Translations under genes and position numbers: made by a program
Part shown: positions 39,679 to 49,900 of the stretch, in pieces
Numbering within the stretch: position 1 is the stretch's first letter
How the letters are laid out: each line of letters starts with the position of its first letter
From: Myxococcales bacterium
Lineage (GTDB): Bacteria > Myxococcota_A > Polyangia > Polyangiales > DASUME01
Assembly: GCA_047601445.1 (NCBI GenBank)
Contig: JASGJH010000001.1
Span: 6,304,001 to 6,368,000 of the forward strand
DNA: 64,000 nucleotides
Direction of reading: 5' to 3'
Notes under the pieces: model-generated
Told to the model about the DNA's origin: nothing
What the model saw: the letters and a program-made list of their open reading frames with translations, nothing else
Databases searched by the model: none

Positions 39679-40677
39679 TCAGAACTCGTAGGGCACGGAG
39701 GTGTTCCCGAGGCGGAGCACGATGCTGCCCGTGGCCTGGGCGCCCAGGATGCTCTTGAGCGAGCTCACGCTGAACACCTTGGTCTGCGTGGCGAGCGCTT
39801 CACATGGGTCGGGTTCACCGTCGTCGACTAGCCACAGCTTGAGCTGGCCAGGCAGGCTCTTGGAGAGCGCGCCATCGGTGCACAGGCGGAAGCTGTGGGT
39901 CTTGCAGCCGCCACCGTAGCTGAACTGCAGAGCCAGTGCGTCGCCCTCGAGGTACAGCGGGATCACCGTGGTCACGTCCGCGGGGTCTGGTCCGCTGCAC
40001 TTCTCGAGCTTGGGCAAAGCGGGGCAACCAATCAGCGTGCTCTGCCAGTCGCCCTCGGTGTCGTTGGGGCCATTGGGTCCGCAGGTGCAGGTGTTGCAAC
40101 CGTCGGGACAGGTCACGGACGCGCCCGCATGAAAGGTCCTGTCACCGAAGCTGCAGCCACCCACGCAGGCCACGGCATCGCAATAGATCTGACCTTCGTC
40201 GGCACAGCCACAGCCGGCGCACCCGAGCGTAAAGGTGGTGTCGGCCGCGTAGTACTTGCCCTGGAACTCGCAGCCCGAAGCGACGCCGCCATCGCTGCCG
40301 TTGCTGCCGCCGCCTGGCGCGCAAGCCTTCTCGGTGCAGGCCACGTCACCGTTGTCGCCGCAGGTGCAGGTGTTGCAGCCGTCTTCACTGGGGAACGAGT
40401 CGCCCGCGGCGTAGACCGAGCCGTTGTAGCTGCAAGCGTCGGCGCCAGAGGGCGCACACGCCTTCTCGGTGCAAGCCACGTGACCATCGCTGGTGCACGA
40501 ACAGGTGTTGCAATGATCCGTGGAGGGGAACTGATCGCCCGGTGCCCAGACCTTGCCGTCGTACTCACAGACCTTCTGCGATCCGACGTTGGCCTTGGTG
40601 CACTCCTCGGCGCCCATCCAGAGCGGTGCGCACAGGACGGCGGGCAGGAGCCAACGCGTGTGGTTTCGACGTGTCAT
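39679..40677 (-). CDS. Cys-rich lipoprotein with pacifastin/VWC-like repeats and a C-terminal SYGGGC domain
   Basis: WMGAEEC lipobox-like; repeats C-x-Y-x-G...CNTCxC...CTEKAC. Confidence 0.8.
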   Translation of the reverse strand: MTRRNHTRWLLPAVLCAPLWMGAEECTKANVGSQKVCEYDGKVWAPGDQFPSTDHCNTCSCTSDGHVACTEKACAPSGADACSYNGSVYAAGDSFPSEDGCNTCTCGDNGDVACTEKACAPGGGSNGSDGGVASGCEFQGKYYAADTTFTLGCAGCGCADEGQIYCDAVACVGGCSFGDRTFHAGASVTCPDGCNTCTCGPNGPNDTEGDWQSTLIGCPALPKLEKCSGPDPADVTTVIPLYLEGDALALQFSYGGGCKTHSFRLCTDGALSKSLPGQLKLWLVDDGEPDPCEALATQTKVFSVSSLKSILGAQATGSIVLRLGNTSVPYEF

Positions 40678-41507
40678 GGCAAGCTTCCTTTCTGTTCATT
40701 GCAAGCGGTCGAGTCCGGCGCGCGCTGGGAGAAACGCGCGCGCATACGCTGTCGTTCAGGGGCCAACAGCGCACTGGCCCCGAACTCCCGCTCGTGTCGC
40801 TCGAGCAGCGAGAGGGCGGCGCAGGCTTGGTCGGCTTCGAAGGAGCGGAGCGCCTGGAGCAGTAGTTGGTTCTCGGCCTGGAGCGCGCTGGCGCTGGCCT
40901 GAGTCAGCTGCGTTGCGGTCGCGTTGGGTTCGGCCGTATGCGGGCGTGCGTCACTCGCGGGCGCGACTTGGGAGGGCGGAATGGGCTGTGCCGAGCGCGC
41001 TCGCGCACGTAGGGGCGCAGGGGAGGGAGCCGCGAGCGCTGCGTCCGGCGCGCGCGCGGGCGGAAACTCGGGAGGCAGCGCGTGCTCATCGGGCAAGAGG
41101 ACTTCGGGTTCCGTCGTGGTCAGGGGCGGGGTCGCAGCGGCAGTCGAATGCGTGGTCAGCGAAGGCGTTCGCTCCACACGTGATGACTCGTGTCGTGTCG
41201 GCACCAGCATCGCGCCCGTGCCCAGCGCGCCCAGACTCGCGACCACCAGTAGCAGCTTGCCGGCCGAGAGTGCCGTTCCGCCCGCAGCGAAGGAACTCGC
41301 GCTTGCGCCGAGCGAGCCCGCGCCCGCACCCACCGAGGTCGCGCTCGCAGCTTGCGCCGTACCCGCGCTCAGGGCGCCCGCGCCCGCGGTGGTCGCCAAG
41401 CTGGCGGCCAGCACGCGCTGGCGCATACGCCCGCGAGTGTCGTCGTCGGGCCGGTCTTCCCGCAAGGCTTCGAGGGCCCGTCGTGCTGCTGGCGACAACT
41501 CATCCAT
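40674..41507 (-). CDS. Putative anti-sigma-like membrane protein
   Basis: Short N-terminal helix, Ala/Gly linker, one TM segment, Pro-rich linker, TPR-like C-terminus; overlaps the sigma gene. Confidence 0.7.
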   Translation of the reverse strand: MDELSPAARRALEALREDRPDDDTRGRMRQRVLAASLATTAGAGALSAGTAQAASATSVGAGAGSLGASASSFAAGGTALSAGKLLLVVASLGALGTGAMLVPTRHESSRVERTPSLTTHSTAAATPPLTTTEPEVLLPDEHALPPEFPPARAPDAALAAPSPAPLRARARSAQPIPPSQVAPASDARPHTAEPNATATQLTQASASALQAENQLLLQALRSFEADQACAALSLLERHEREFGASALLAPERQRMRARFSQRAPDSTACNEQKGSLP

Positions 41508-42102
41508 GACGACCTCGCTGGCTCTGGCCTTTCACACGCGTCAGGCGCTCGACTTCGCGATCGAAGGCGAGTCGTGCGAGACGCAGGCGTGAGTAGACCG
41601 TGTTCACGGGCACCCCCAAGATCTGGGCGACCTCGGGGGCGGACATCTGTTCGATCTCGAGCAGCACGAACACCTCGCGCTTCTCCGCGTCCAGCGCTCC
41701 AAGTGCACGCTGCGCCAGCGCCAGCCCTTCTTGTCTGGCGGCCTCATGCTCCGTGCACTCCGCGCCGGCGCTCTCCGCACCGACGTCCCAGGAGCTCGCG
41801 GACCAGGAGCGCGCCAACGCCGCGCGCTTCTTGCGCGCGATGCGGATCACGATGGCGTAGAGCCACGTGCGCAGCGCGCAGGCGCCGTCGAACTCGGAGA
41901 GCTTCTGCTGCACCACCACGAACACGTCCTGCACGGCGTCTTCGAGCGCGCTCGGTGCGACGCCCAGGCTGCGCAGGCAACGAAACACGTAGTCGCTGTG
42001 GGCGTCGTAGATCGCTGCGACCTCCAGCTTCAGCGCGGATCCATGGCCTTCGGCCGCGAGGCCGGGCGCACCGAGATCGACGCTGAGGACATCCGTCGCC
42101 AT
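41500..42102 (-). CDS. ECF RNA polymerase sigma factor
   Basis: LEDAVQDVFVVV, LRTWLYAI, REVFVLLEIEQMSAPEVAQILGVPVNTVYSRLRLAR. Confidence 0.95.
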   Translation of the reverse strand: MATDVLSVDLGAPGLAAEGHGSALKLEVAAIYDAHSDYVFRCLRSLGVAPSALEDAVQDVFVVVQQKLSEFDGACALRTWLYAIVIRIARKKRAALARSWSASSWDVGAESAGAECTEHEAARQEGLALAQRALGALDAEKREVFVLLEIEQMSAPEVAQILGVPVNTVYSRLRLARLAFDREVERLTRVKGQSQRGRHG

Positions 42103-42139
42103 GGGGTTCGCTGTGTATCCCTGCAGGCCCGGCCTTCCG

Positions 42140-43177
42140 TTAAGGAATTCGCCAGCGCGTGCCGAGCGTGGCTTCGCCGTAGAAGCGTGAGGTTACGTAC
42201 AGGGGCTGACCGTCACCGAGTTGAAAACGAGCATTGTCAGGATGGTATTGGCCCGCCACGCCAAGCTCGAGGGTCCCTCCAGAGCGTCGCCAAAAGCGCC
42301 AGAGCAGCTCGGCTCGCGGGCCCCAAATCCAAGCAACATCCGAGCGTTGCGCCGAGAGCCCGACGCTGCCTCGGCCGTGCAGCGCGCTGCCTGTGAGCCC
42401 GAGCCTGAGGCCGAGGGCCGAAAGGGGGTCGTAGGCGAGCGACAGGTTCCCGCCGAGCGCTCCGACGCGGACTCCCTGACCCTGCTCGTCTCGATGCTCG
42501 CGCGGGATCAGGTAGCGGCCCCCCAGGGCCAAGCCCCAGGCTCCTCGCCCGAGTCCCGCTTCGAAACCGACGCTCGCGGTCACGCCGGGCACGCAACCTG
42601 CGGCTGCTCCGAGGCGGGCGGCCAGCGAGCCATGCCAAGGCCTCGGAGGGCTGGGCGCCGGTCTGCTCGGCGGAGCAACCGGCTCGGGCGGCACGCCCAT
42701 CTGGGTCATGGCTGCGTGCGAAGCGGGTGGCTGCTGCGAAGCCAGCGCCGCGGTCGGCGGAGCCTCTGCCGTCGCTTCGAGCGACTCGCCGCGCGCCTCG
42801 GCCATGGCCAGGGCGGTCATCAGCACGGCGGCCCGAAACAGCACGCGGCAGTCGGGATCGAGGAGCACGCGTGGGCCACTCGCAGCGCTAACCGTGAGCC
42901 GAAAGCCGCCTTCGGGGAGCGGGCGTAGGTCCACTGCGGGGCGATTCAGCGGCGCGTCGACGTGACCCACCAGCAGCGAGGCTTCGCGCGTGAGTTCCCG
43001 TGTGCTGCCGCAGGTCTCGGGCACGGAGAAGCTGTCCAGCACCGCGCTCTCGCTCGCGTTCACAGCCTGGGCGCGCGCGCCTGTGCCGGGAGCCAACCAC
43101 AGCAGCGCTCCCACCAACCACCATGGCAGCCAGCATTCGAGCAGCGCTGCGGCACAACCTGGCACGTGCGAGGACAT
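42140..43177 (-). CDS. Secreted/outer-membrane hypothetical protein upstream of the ECF sigma
   Basis: Signal peptide, Cys pair domain, Pro linker, C-terminal amphipathic beta strands. Confidence 0.6.
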   Translation of the reverse strand: MSSHVPGCAAALLECWLPWWLVGALLWLAPGTGARAQAVNASESAVLDSFSVPETCGSTRELTREASLLVGHVDAPLNRPAVDLRPLPEGGFRLTVSAASGPRVLLDPDCRVLFRAAVLMTALAMAEARGESLEATAEAPPTAALASQQPPASHAAMTQMGVPPEPVAPPSRPAPSPPRPWHGSLAARLGAAAGCVPGVTASVGFEAGLGRGAWGLALGGRYLIPREHRDEQGQGVRVGALGGNLSLAYDPLSALGLRLGLTGSALHGRGSVGLSAQRSDVAWIWGPRAELLWRFWRRSGGTLELGVAGQYHPDNARFQLGDGQPLYVTSRFYGEATLGTRWRIP

Positions 43178-43239
43178 GGGGGGACCCGCGTTGCAGCTCG
43201 CGTACCAGACCGTCACCCGTCGGGAGCGGATGGGAGCGT

Positions 43240-44763
43240 TTACTTGGGCGGTGCGAGCGGGTTGAGCATGCGCGTCACCGTGTTGCGTCCGATGCCCAGC
43301 GCCACGGCGGCCCGCGAGCGATTGTGATCCAAGGCCCGTACCGTGTGTTCCACGTAGCGTCGCGTGGCCTCCGCCAAGCTCAGCCCCAGCGGCAGCCTCA
43401 CGAGCGCCTGGCCCTCGCTCGGGGATGGCTCACAGGCTGCGGACTCCACCTGCCGCTCCAGCGCGATCTCTTCGACGAGGCCTTCGTTCGCGAGCACCAC
43501 CTGGCTCTCGATGAAGTGCTCGAGCTCCCGCACGTTGCCGGGCCATGCGTGCGTGCGCAGCGCGTGCAAAGCGCGCTCCGTGAACACCGGCTTGGGCAAG
43601 CGATAGCGCTGGCTAAAGGTCTCGGCGAAGTGCGTGATGAGCTGCTCGATCTCCTCACCGCCGCGCGCGCGCAGGGGCGGCACGGCGATCTCCACCACCC
43701 GCACGCGGTAGTACAGGTCTTCCCGGAAGCGTCCCGCTTGCACCTCGCGCTCGAGGCGCTTGTGCGTCGCGGTCACGATGCGCACGTCGGCATGCTGGGT
43801 CTCGCGGCCACCCACGCGCTCGAAGCGTCGCTCCTGTAGCAGGCGCAGCAGCTTGGCCTGGGCTTCCAAGCTCAGTTCGGCGATCTCGTCGAGGAACAGG
43901 GTGCCATGCTGAGCCAGCTCGACCTTGCCGCGCACACGTCGGTCCGCGCCGGTGAACGCGCCGCGCTCGTGGCCGAATAACTCGCTCTCCACAAGCTGCG
44001 TGGGCAGTGTGGTGCAGTCCAGCGTCACGAAGGGGCCGCCCTGGCGCGTCGAGTTCTCGTGCAGCGTGCGCGCGAGCAGCGTCTTGCCGGTCCCGGTCTC
44101 GCCCAGAAGCAGCACGCTGGCATCGGTGCCCGCCACCCGTGACAGTCGTTCGTACACGCTCCGCATCACGCTGCTGCGGCCGATCACGTGGTTGAACTGC
44201 CCGCGTCGCAGGACCCCGTCCGCGCCCGGCGCGCGTCGCAGCGTGGTCAGCGAAAGGCCCTGAGCGAACTGCGCGGCCAGGGCCACCAGGTAGCGTTCGT
44301 CGTCGGCGTCGAACGGGCCCGCGCGTCGATTGAGCACCTGGATCGCGCCCAGCACACCGCCGTCGCTCGGGTCCAACACCGGCACGGACAGCACCGAGCG
44401 TGTGTTGAAGCCGGTGGCGCGATCGGCGCTCGGATCGAAGCGCGGATCACGGCGCGCGTCGTCGAGCCGCAGCGGCGTCGCGCTGCGCACGACGTGGCCC
44501 GATAGTCCACGATCGAGCGGCTGCCTGAGCTCGGGGACCTCGGGCAGCAGCGCCACCTTGGTGAACAACTCCTGATGCTCGGCATCGACCAACCACAACG
44601 TGGCCCGCTCTGCGTCGAGCGCGCGCGCCAGTCGCTCGCAGACGGCTTCGAGGAGCGCGTCGAGATCGACGTGGCGCGAGAGCATGGTGGCCAGGTCGAC
44701 CAGCAGCGACAGGCGGTGCATGGGCTCGGGGGCTGGCTCGTGCGCTGAATCTCGGTGGGTCAC
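43240..44763 (-). CDS. Sigma54-dependent activator (GAF-AAA+-HTH)
   Basis: GAF with [19 protein letters not shown]....F...[53 protein letters not shown]. Confidence 0.95.
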   Translation of the reverse strand: MTHRDSAHEPAPEPMHRLSLLVDLATMLSRHVDLDALLEAVCERLARALDAERATLWLVDAEHQELFTKVALLPEVPELRQPLDRGLSGHVVRSATPLRLDDARRDPRFDPSADRATGFNTRSVLSVPVLDPSDGGVLGAIQVLNRRAGPFDADDERYLVALAAQFAQGLSLTTLRRAPGADGVLRRGQFNHVIGRSSVMRSVYERLSRVAGTDASVLLLGETGTGKTLLARTLHENSTRQGGPFVTLDCTTLPTQLVESELFGHERGAFTGADRRVRGKVELAQHGTLFLDEIAELSLEAQAKLLRLLQERRFERVGGRETQHADVRIVTATHKRLEREVQAGRFREDLYYRVRVVEIAVPPLRARGGEEIEQLITHFAETFSQRYRLPKPVFTERALHALRTHAWPGNVRELEHFIESQVVLANEGLVEEIALERQVESAACEPSPSEGQALVRLPLGLSLAEATRRYVEHTVRALDHNRSRAAVALGIGRNTVTRMLNPLAPPK

Positions 44764-45644
44764 GCGACGCGTCTCTCCGGATCTCGACCGAGCGAGAGTG
44801 CCAGTCCTTCACGTGCGGCGAGCGTGCCCGGAAAGACCTCGCGCGCAGCGCTCTCGAGCGCGTCCACTTGAGCGTCGTCGCGCACCGGATCGTGGTGAAA
44901 CAGCACATAGCGCCCGACGCGCGCCGCGTGTGCCACCTGCGCGCCTGCTTGCCACGTGGAATGCCCCCAGCCCACGCGTGGAGGACGCCCTGGGGTGCCG
45001 CGATATTCCGCCTCCGTGTACATGGCGTCGTAGATCAGCGCGTCCGCACCTTCCGCCAAAGAGAGTAAGGTCTCATCCATTTCAGCGCCGTGCTCGGTAT
45101 CCGTGGCGTACACCACACTTTGGTTCGCCTGATCGATGCGATACGCGAGTACGCCGCCCGGATGGTTCAGCGCGCGACAGGTCACCTCCGCTTCGCCCAC
45201 CTGGAAGCGCTCACCGCCGCGCAGTGCTTGCAAGTGGATCTGCGCTGGCAGTGCATGCCATGGCACAGGGAAGCCCGGCGCCCCCATCTGCGTCATCAAC
45301 GCGTTTTCCAACTCCGAGTCGGATGCGCCCGGCCCGTAGATGGTCAGCCGCGTGTTGGCGCGATAGAGCGGCGCGAAGAAGGGCAGCCCCTGGATATGAT
45401 CCCAGTGCAGGTGTGACAGACACAGGGTGATCTCCAGCGGCGACTCGGGCGCCGACGTGCTCGCCAGCGCAGCCCCTGCGCTGCGGATTCCCGTTCCCGC
45501 GTCCAGCATCAAGCGTTGGCGCTGGCCCTCCTTGAAGTGATCCAACCAGTTGATCTCGACGCAGCTGGTGTTGCCGCCCGTGCGCAGCGTGCTCGGGCCC
45601 GGCGCCGCGATGCTCCCTCGAACTCCCCAGAATCGAACTTCCAT
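44760..45644 (-). CDS. MBL-fold metallohydrolase (putative phosphodiesterase)
   Basis: FWGVRGS, GGNTSCVE, DAGTG, SHLHWDHIQG (HxHxDH), TDTEH, GWGHS, LFHHDP; GTGA coupling to the activator. Confidence 0.92.
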   Translation of the reverse strand: MEVRFWGVRGSIAAPGPSTLRTGGNTSCVEINWLDHFKEGQRQRLMLDAGTGIRSAGAALASTSAPESPLEITLCLSHLHWDHIQGLPFFAPLYRANTRLTIYGPGASDSELENALMTQMGAPGFPVPWHALPAQIHLQALRGGERFQVGEAEVTCRALNHPGGVLAYRIDQANQSVVYATDTEHGAEMDETLLSLAEGADALIYDAMYTEAEYRGTPGRPPRVGWGHSTWQAGAQVAHAARVGRYVLFHHDPVRDDAQVDALESAAREVFPGTLAAREGLALSLGRDPERRVA

Positions 45645-45671
45645 GATTCGCTCCCTCCGCTGGTGAGTGGT

Positions 45672-45687
45672 TGCGACCGCCGTGCCA
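45672..45687 (-). promoter_or_regulatory. Sigma54 -24/-12 promoter of the MBL-activator operon
   Basis: Minus strand TGGCACGGCGGTCGCA, 27 bp upstream of the ATG, which has a GGAGGGAG RBS. Confidence 0.75.
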
Positions 45688-45739
45688 GCCCAAAAAGCTC
45701 AAGAGAAACGTGCGCGCAGGCTCCACCACCGGCGCTCGC

Positions 45740-45787
45740 TGCATGTCCTCGGTGCAGTCCGCGAGGAGGCTGCACCAGCTTGGTGCA
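45740..45787. promoter_or_regulatory. Two NtrC-type enhancer boxes
   Basis: TGCACCAGCTTGGTGCA at 45771-45787 (matches TGCACCA-N3-TGGTGCA) and TGCATGTCCTCGGTGCA at 45740-45756, 31 bp apart. Confidence 0.75.
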
Positions 45788-45810
45788 GCGCCCCATGTTA
45801 GACCGGCCGC

Positions 45811-46844
45811 GTGCGACCACCTGGCTGGCTGCGGGCTGTGATCGGGCTGCTTTCGCTCCTGAGCGTTGCTTGGGCGGTGGCCGCGCCGACCCGGGTCTCG
45901 GCTCATCCGCTCTCCCCGGCGGCCGTGGTACTGCGGGAGCGAGAGACTCCTTTCAGCTACGAGGTTCGCTTCCGGAGACCCGAGCTGAGTGTCGAGCAAC
46001 TCACGCTGACGCTGCCGGACCACTGTCGGCGCGACGCGCCCGTGACGCAGCGCAGCGGAGACCAGCTGGAGGACCGCTTCGAGCTAGTGTGTCCGCGGAG
46101 CCTCGCGGGAGAGAGCGTGCGCGTACTGGGGTTGGCCGAAGCGTCTCTGAGCGCGCTGGTCTACGTGGAGTTCCGAAATGAACAGCGGGCGCGCGGCCTA
46201 CTGACCGCTACGCACCCAAGCTTTTTGCTGCCACGTGAAACTCGTCCGCTGGAGGTGTTCGCAGACTACCTGAGGCTGGGCATCGAGCACCTGCTGACAG
46301 GCTGGGATCACCTGCTGTTCATCGTGGGGCTGATGTTCTTGGCCCGCGGATTCCGTGCCCTGGTGTGGACGCTCAGTGCCTTCACGTTCGGACACAGTGT
46401 AACGCTTTGCCTTGCTGCGCTGTCCGTGGTCTCGGTTCCACAGCCTCCGGTGGAGCTCGGAATCGCCATCAGTTTGGTGGTGATGGCCCTGGCGCTGCTG
46501 AATGCCACCCCTTACGGGGGCCCGACTGGCGTGGCTGATTCCGGGCAGCGCAGTGCGCGGAGCCTATTGGGCGTGGCGTTCTCGCTGGGTCTGCTGCACG
46601 GGCTGGGCTTCGCTGGAGCGCTCGCAGAAACCGGCCTACCGCAGCATCAGATAGCTGTGTCTCTGCTGGGATTAATCTGGGCGTCGAGTGCGGCCAGTTG
46701 GCCGTGGTGGTGCCGCTCACCCTGCTGCGGAGGGCGGTGCCTGCGTGGTTGCGCGGGCCGGTGTGGCGGCGCGGCACGGCTTACGTCGTCGGCGGGCTCG
46801 CGGCGTGTTGGTGCATCGAGCGCGCGCTCGCCTGGATGGGCTGA
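45811..46844 (+). CDS. HupE/UreJ-family membrane protein, -1 frameshift near 46672
   Basis: AHP after signal peptide; LGIEHLLTGWDHLLF, FTFGHSVTL, GLLHGLGFAGAL; adding one base restores LLGFNLGVECGQL and a stop at 46844. Confidence 0.88.
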
Positions 46845-46989
46845 GCGCGCTGGCTTCCCGTAAGCAACGGGCCTTCCGCTCATCGAAAAGGCGCGCTCGG
46901 TCACCCGCGCTGGAATGTTTTGCGCCTGGTGTCACGCATTTCGCAGCTCAGGGCTTGGCAACGTGGCGAGCCCGGAGTAGCACCAGCGC

Positions 46990-49900
46990 ATGTCCGGGGT
47001 GGTGGAGGAAGCCTTCAAAGGCTCGCGCCGGTTCGATGTGCTCGCCCGCCTCGGCACCGGCGGCGGCGGCGTCGTGTACCGTGCGCGCGATCACCAAACC
47101 CATCGCGTCGTCGCCCTCAAGCTCATGCGCGAGCGTGAAGACCTCGCGCGCTTTCGGCAGCACTTCGAGTCGCTGAAGCGTCTGGCCCATCCGAACCTCG
47201 TCGAGCTGTACGACCTGGTCGAGGAGCGTGGGCGCGTGTTGATGGTAATGGAGCTCGTCGACGGCAGCGAGCTGCTGGCCCACGTGCGCTCTGCCACCGG
47301 CTTCGACGAGGAGCGTCTGCGCTCGAGCTTCCGTCAGCTGGCGCAAGCCCTGCACCGACTCCACGTGGACCGCAGGCTGCACCGCGACGTGAAGCCCTCC
47401 AACATCCGCGTCACGGAGGAGGGGCGGGCGGTTCTTCTGGACCTCGACTTTGCCCTGCCCGATGACGACGAGAGTCTCGGCTTGGCCGACGACGACACCA
47501 TGCTGCGTCCCGCCGGCACCGCGCTCTACATGTCACCCGAGCAAGCGGCCTGCGGCATGATGAGCGCGGCCAGCGATTGGTATGCGCTCGGGGTCGTGCT
47601 CTACGAGGCCCTCACGGGCAGCCTGCCCTGTCGTGGCACTGACTTCGAGGTGCTGCTCGCCAAGCAAGACGGCCGCGCGCGCCCGCCGCGTGAGCTCAAC
47701 GCCGCCGTGCCTGTCGATCTGAACGACCTGTGTTTGGAGCTCTTGTCGCCCGCGCCCCACGACCGACCCTCCGGCCCGGCCATCCTGCGGCGCCTCGGGG
47801 TCAACGACGTCGCGAGCAGCCTGGCGTTCGGTTCCCTGTCGCGCACGGGCAAGCCCATCGTGGGACGCAGCGCGGAGCTCGCGCGTCTGCGAGCGGCCTT
47901 CGAGCAGTCGCGGCGTGCGCCCGTGGTGGTGCGTGTGAGCGGCCAGGCCGGCATCGGGAAATCCGCCTTGTGTTTCGAGTTCCTGCGCCTGCTCGCCCAG
48001 CAGGAGCCGGAGCTGCTCACCCTGCGCAGCCGTTGTCCGCGCTATCCAGATCGGCCCCATGCCATCTTCGCGGAGCCCCTGCTCCAGGTCGCCGATGCGC
48101 TGCGCGCGTTGCGGGGCCGTGCCGAGCCCATCCTCAACACCGATGCTTATCCGGTGCTCGCCAAGGCATTCCCGGAGGCCGTGCGCGGGTTCGACCCGGA
48201 TCGTAGTGGGCGCATCAGGAACCTGCCCCCGGATCCGCATGAGCAGCGCTTTCGTTTCCTCGAGGCCTATCGCGAGCTCGTGCGCGAGGCGGCCGACCTG
48301 CGGCCGCTCGTGTGGTGGTTCGACGACTATCACTGGGCCGATGCCGACAGCCGACGCCTGCTGAGCTCCTTGCTGAGCGGTGAGAACGCCCCGCCGATGC
48401 TGGTGGTGCTCAGCGAAGAGCCCAGCAGCGAGGGGACCCACGCCGCGGAGCCCGCCGCCCGCGAGCACATCGTGCTCGGCGAGCTCACGCGGGCCGAGGT
48501 CACCACCTGGCTCGATGGGGCGCTCGAGGGCAGCGCCTTCAAGCCTCGCCACATCGGTCATCAGCTCGACGAGGCCCCAGGCAATCCGCTCTCTCTCCAG
48601 GAGCGTCTGCGCCATCTGGCGCTGTTCGGTGCTCTGCCCGACGCGCGCATGCCGCTCGGCCAGCTGATCTCGCAGCGCCTGAGCGCACTCACCGAGACCG
48701 CGCGGGATCTGCTCGAGATCGTCTCGGCCGTGCACGATCCGATCTCGCTCGAGCTGTGTTTGCGTGCATCGGAGCTGTCGCGCTCGGAGTTCGTCCGCGA
48801 GTGTACGTTCCTCGAGAGCGTGGGGCTCGTGCGGCGCTTCAACAAGGCGGGCCAGGAATTCTTGGTCTCGGTCCACCCGCAGTTTGCCGACTGCGTCGAC
48901 ATGGAGCTGCACGGGGCGCGCCGCGTGGAGGTGCACCGGCGCTTGGCCTCTGCACTGCTGGCGCGCGATCCGAGCCGCTCGCCGGGCCGCTTGCTGCGGC
49001 ACCAGGGCGAGAGCGGATATCACACGTTGGCCGCTCAGAACGCCTGGTTGGCGGCGGAGCAGGCGCACGAAGCGTTGGCCTTCCAGCGCGCCGCCGAGCT
49101 GTTCACGCTGGGCGCCTCGCTCGACCCCGCCGGCCGCGACGAGGCTGGCCATCGTCGCCTACGCCGCATGGCGGAGGCGCTCGGACACGCGGGCTGGGCG
49201 CTGCAGGCTGCCACCATCTATCGGGAAGCGGCGCTGGGGGCCAACACGGCCGATGCGTTGCACATGCGGCAGCGGGCGGCCGAGCACCTCTTGCGCGGTG
49301 CCGAGCTGACCGAGGGCCTCTCGGCCGTGAGCGAGCTGCTGGCCTCCATCGACGTGTCGCTACCGGCCACCCACGAACGTGCGCTCTGGTCGATGGCCAC
49401 GCGGCGCGCGTATCTGCGCCTGCGTGGCCTGCGCTTCCGCAGCGTGTCCGAGGGGCAGGTCTCGGCGGGTGAGCTGCGGCGGGTCGACGTACTGTGGATC
49501 AGCGGTGTGCAGCTGTCCCTGGTCGACGTGGTGCGCGGTGGTGATTTCCTCACGCGCGGGTTGTCGGCGGCGCTGAAGACGGGCGAGCCGCAACGCGTGG
49601 CGCGCGCGCTGTGCACCGAGGCCTGGATGCGCGGCCTCGATCACGACGGCAGCGAGCGCTCCTTGGAGTTGCTCGAGACGGCGCGCCAGCTCTGCGATGA
49701 GCATCCTTCGCCGTTCCTCGAAGGCCACCTGCGCCTGGCGCGCGGCATCGTGGCTTTCGGACGCTTTCGCTTGCCCGAGTGCAGCAGTCACTGTCGAGAT
49801 GCCGAACAGATCTTTCGCGAGCGCTGCACCGACGTGGTCTGGGAGATCACCGCGGCTCAGGTGTTCCAGCTGGTGTCGCTGGCGAACACGGCTCGCTACG

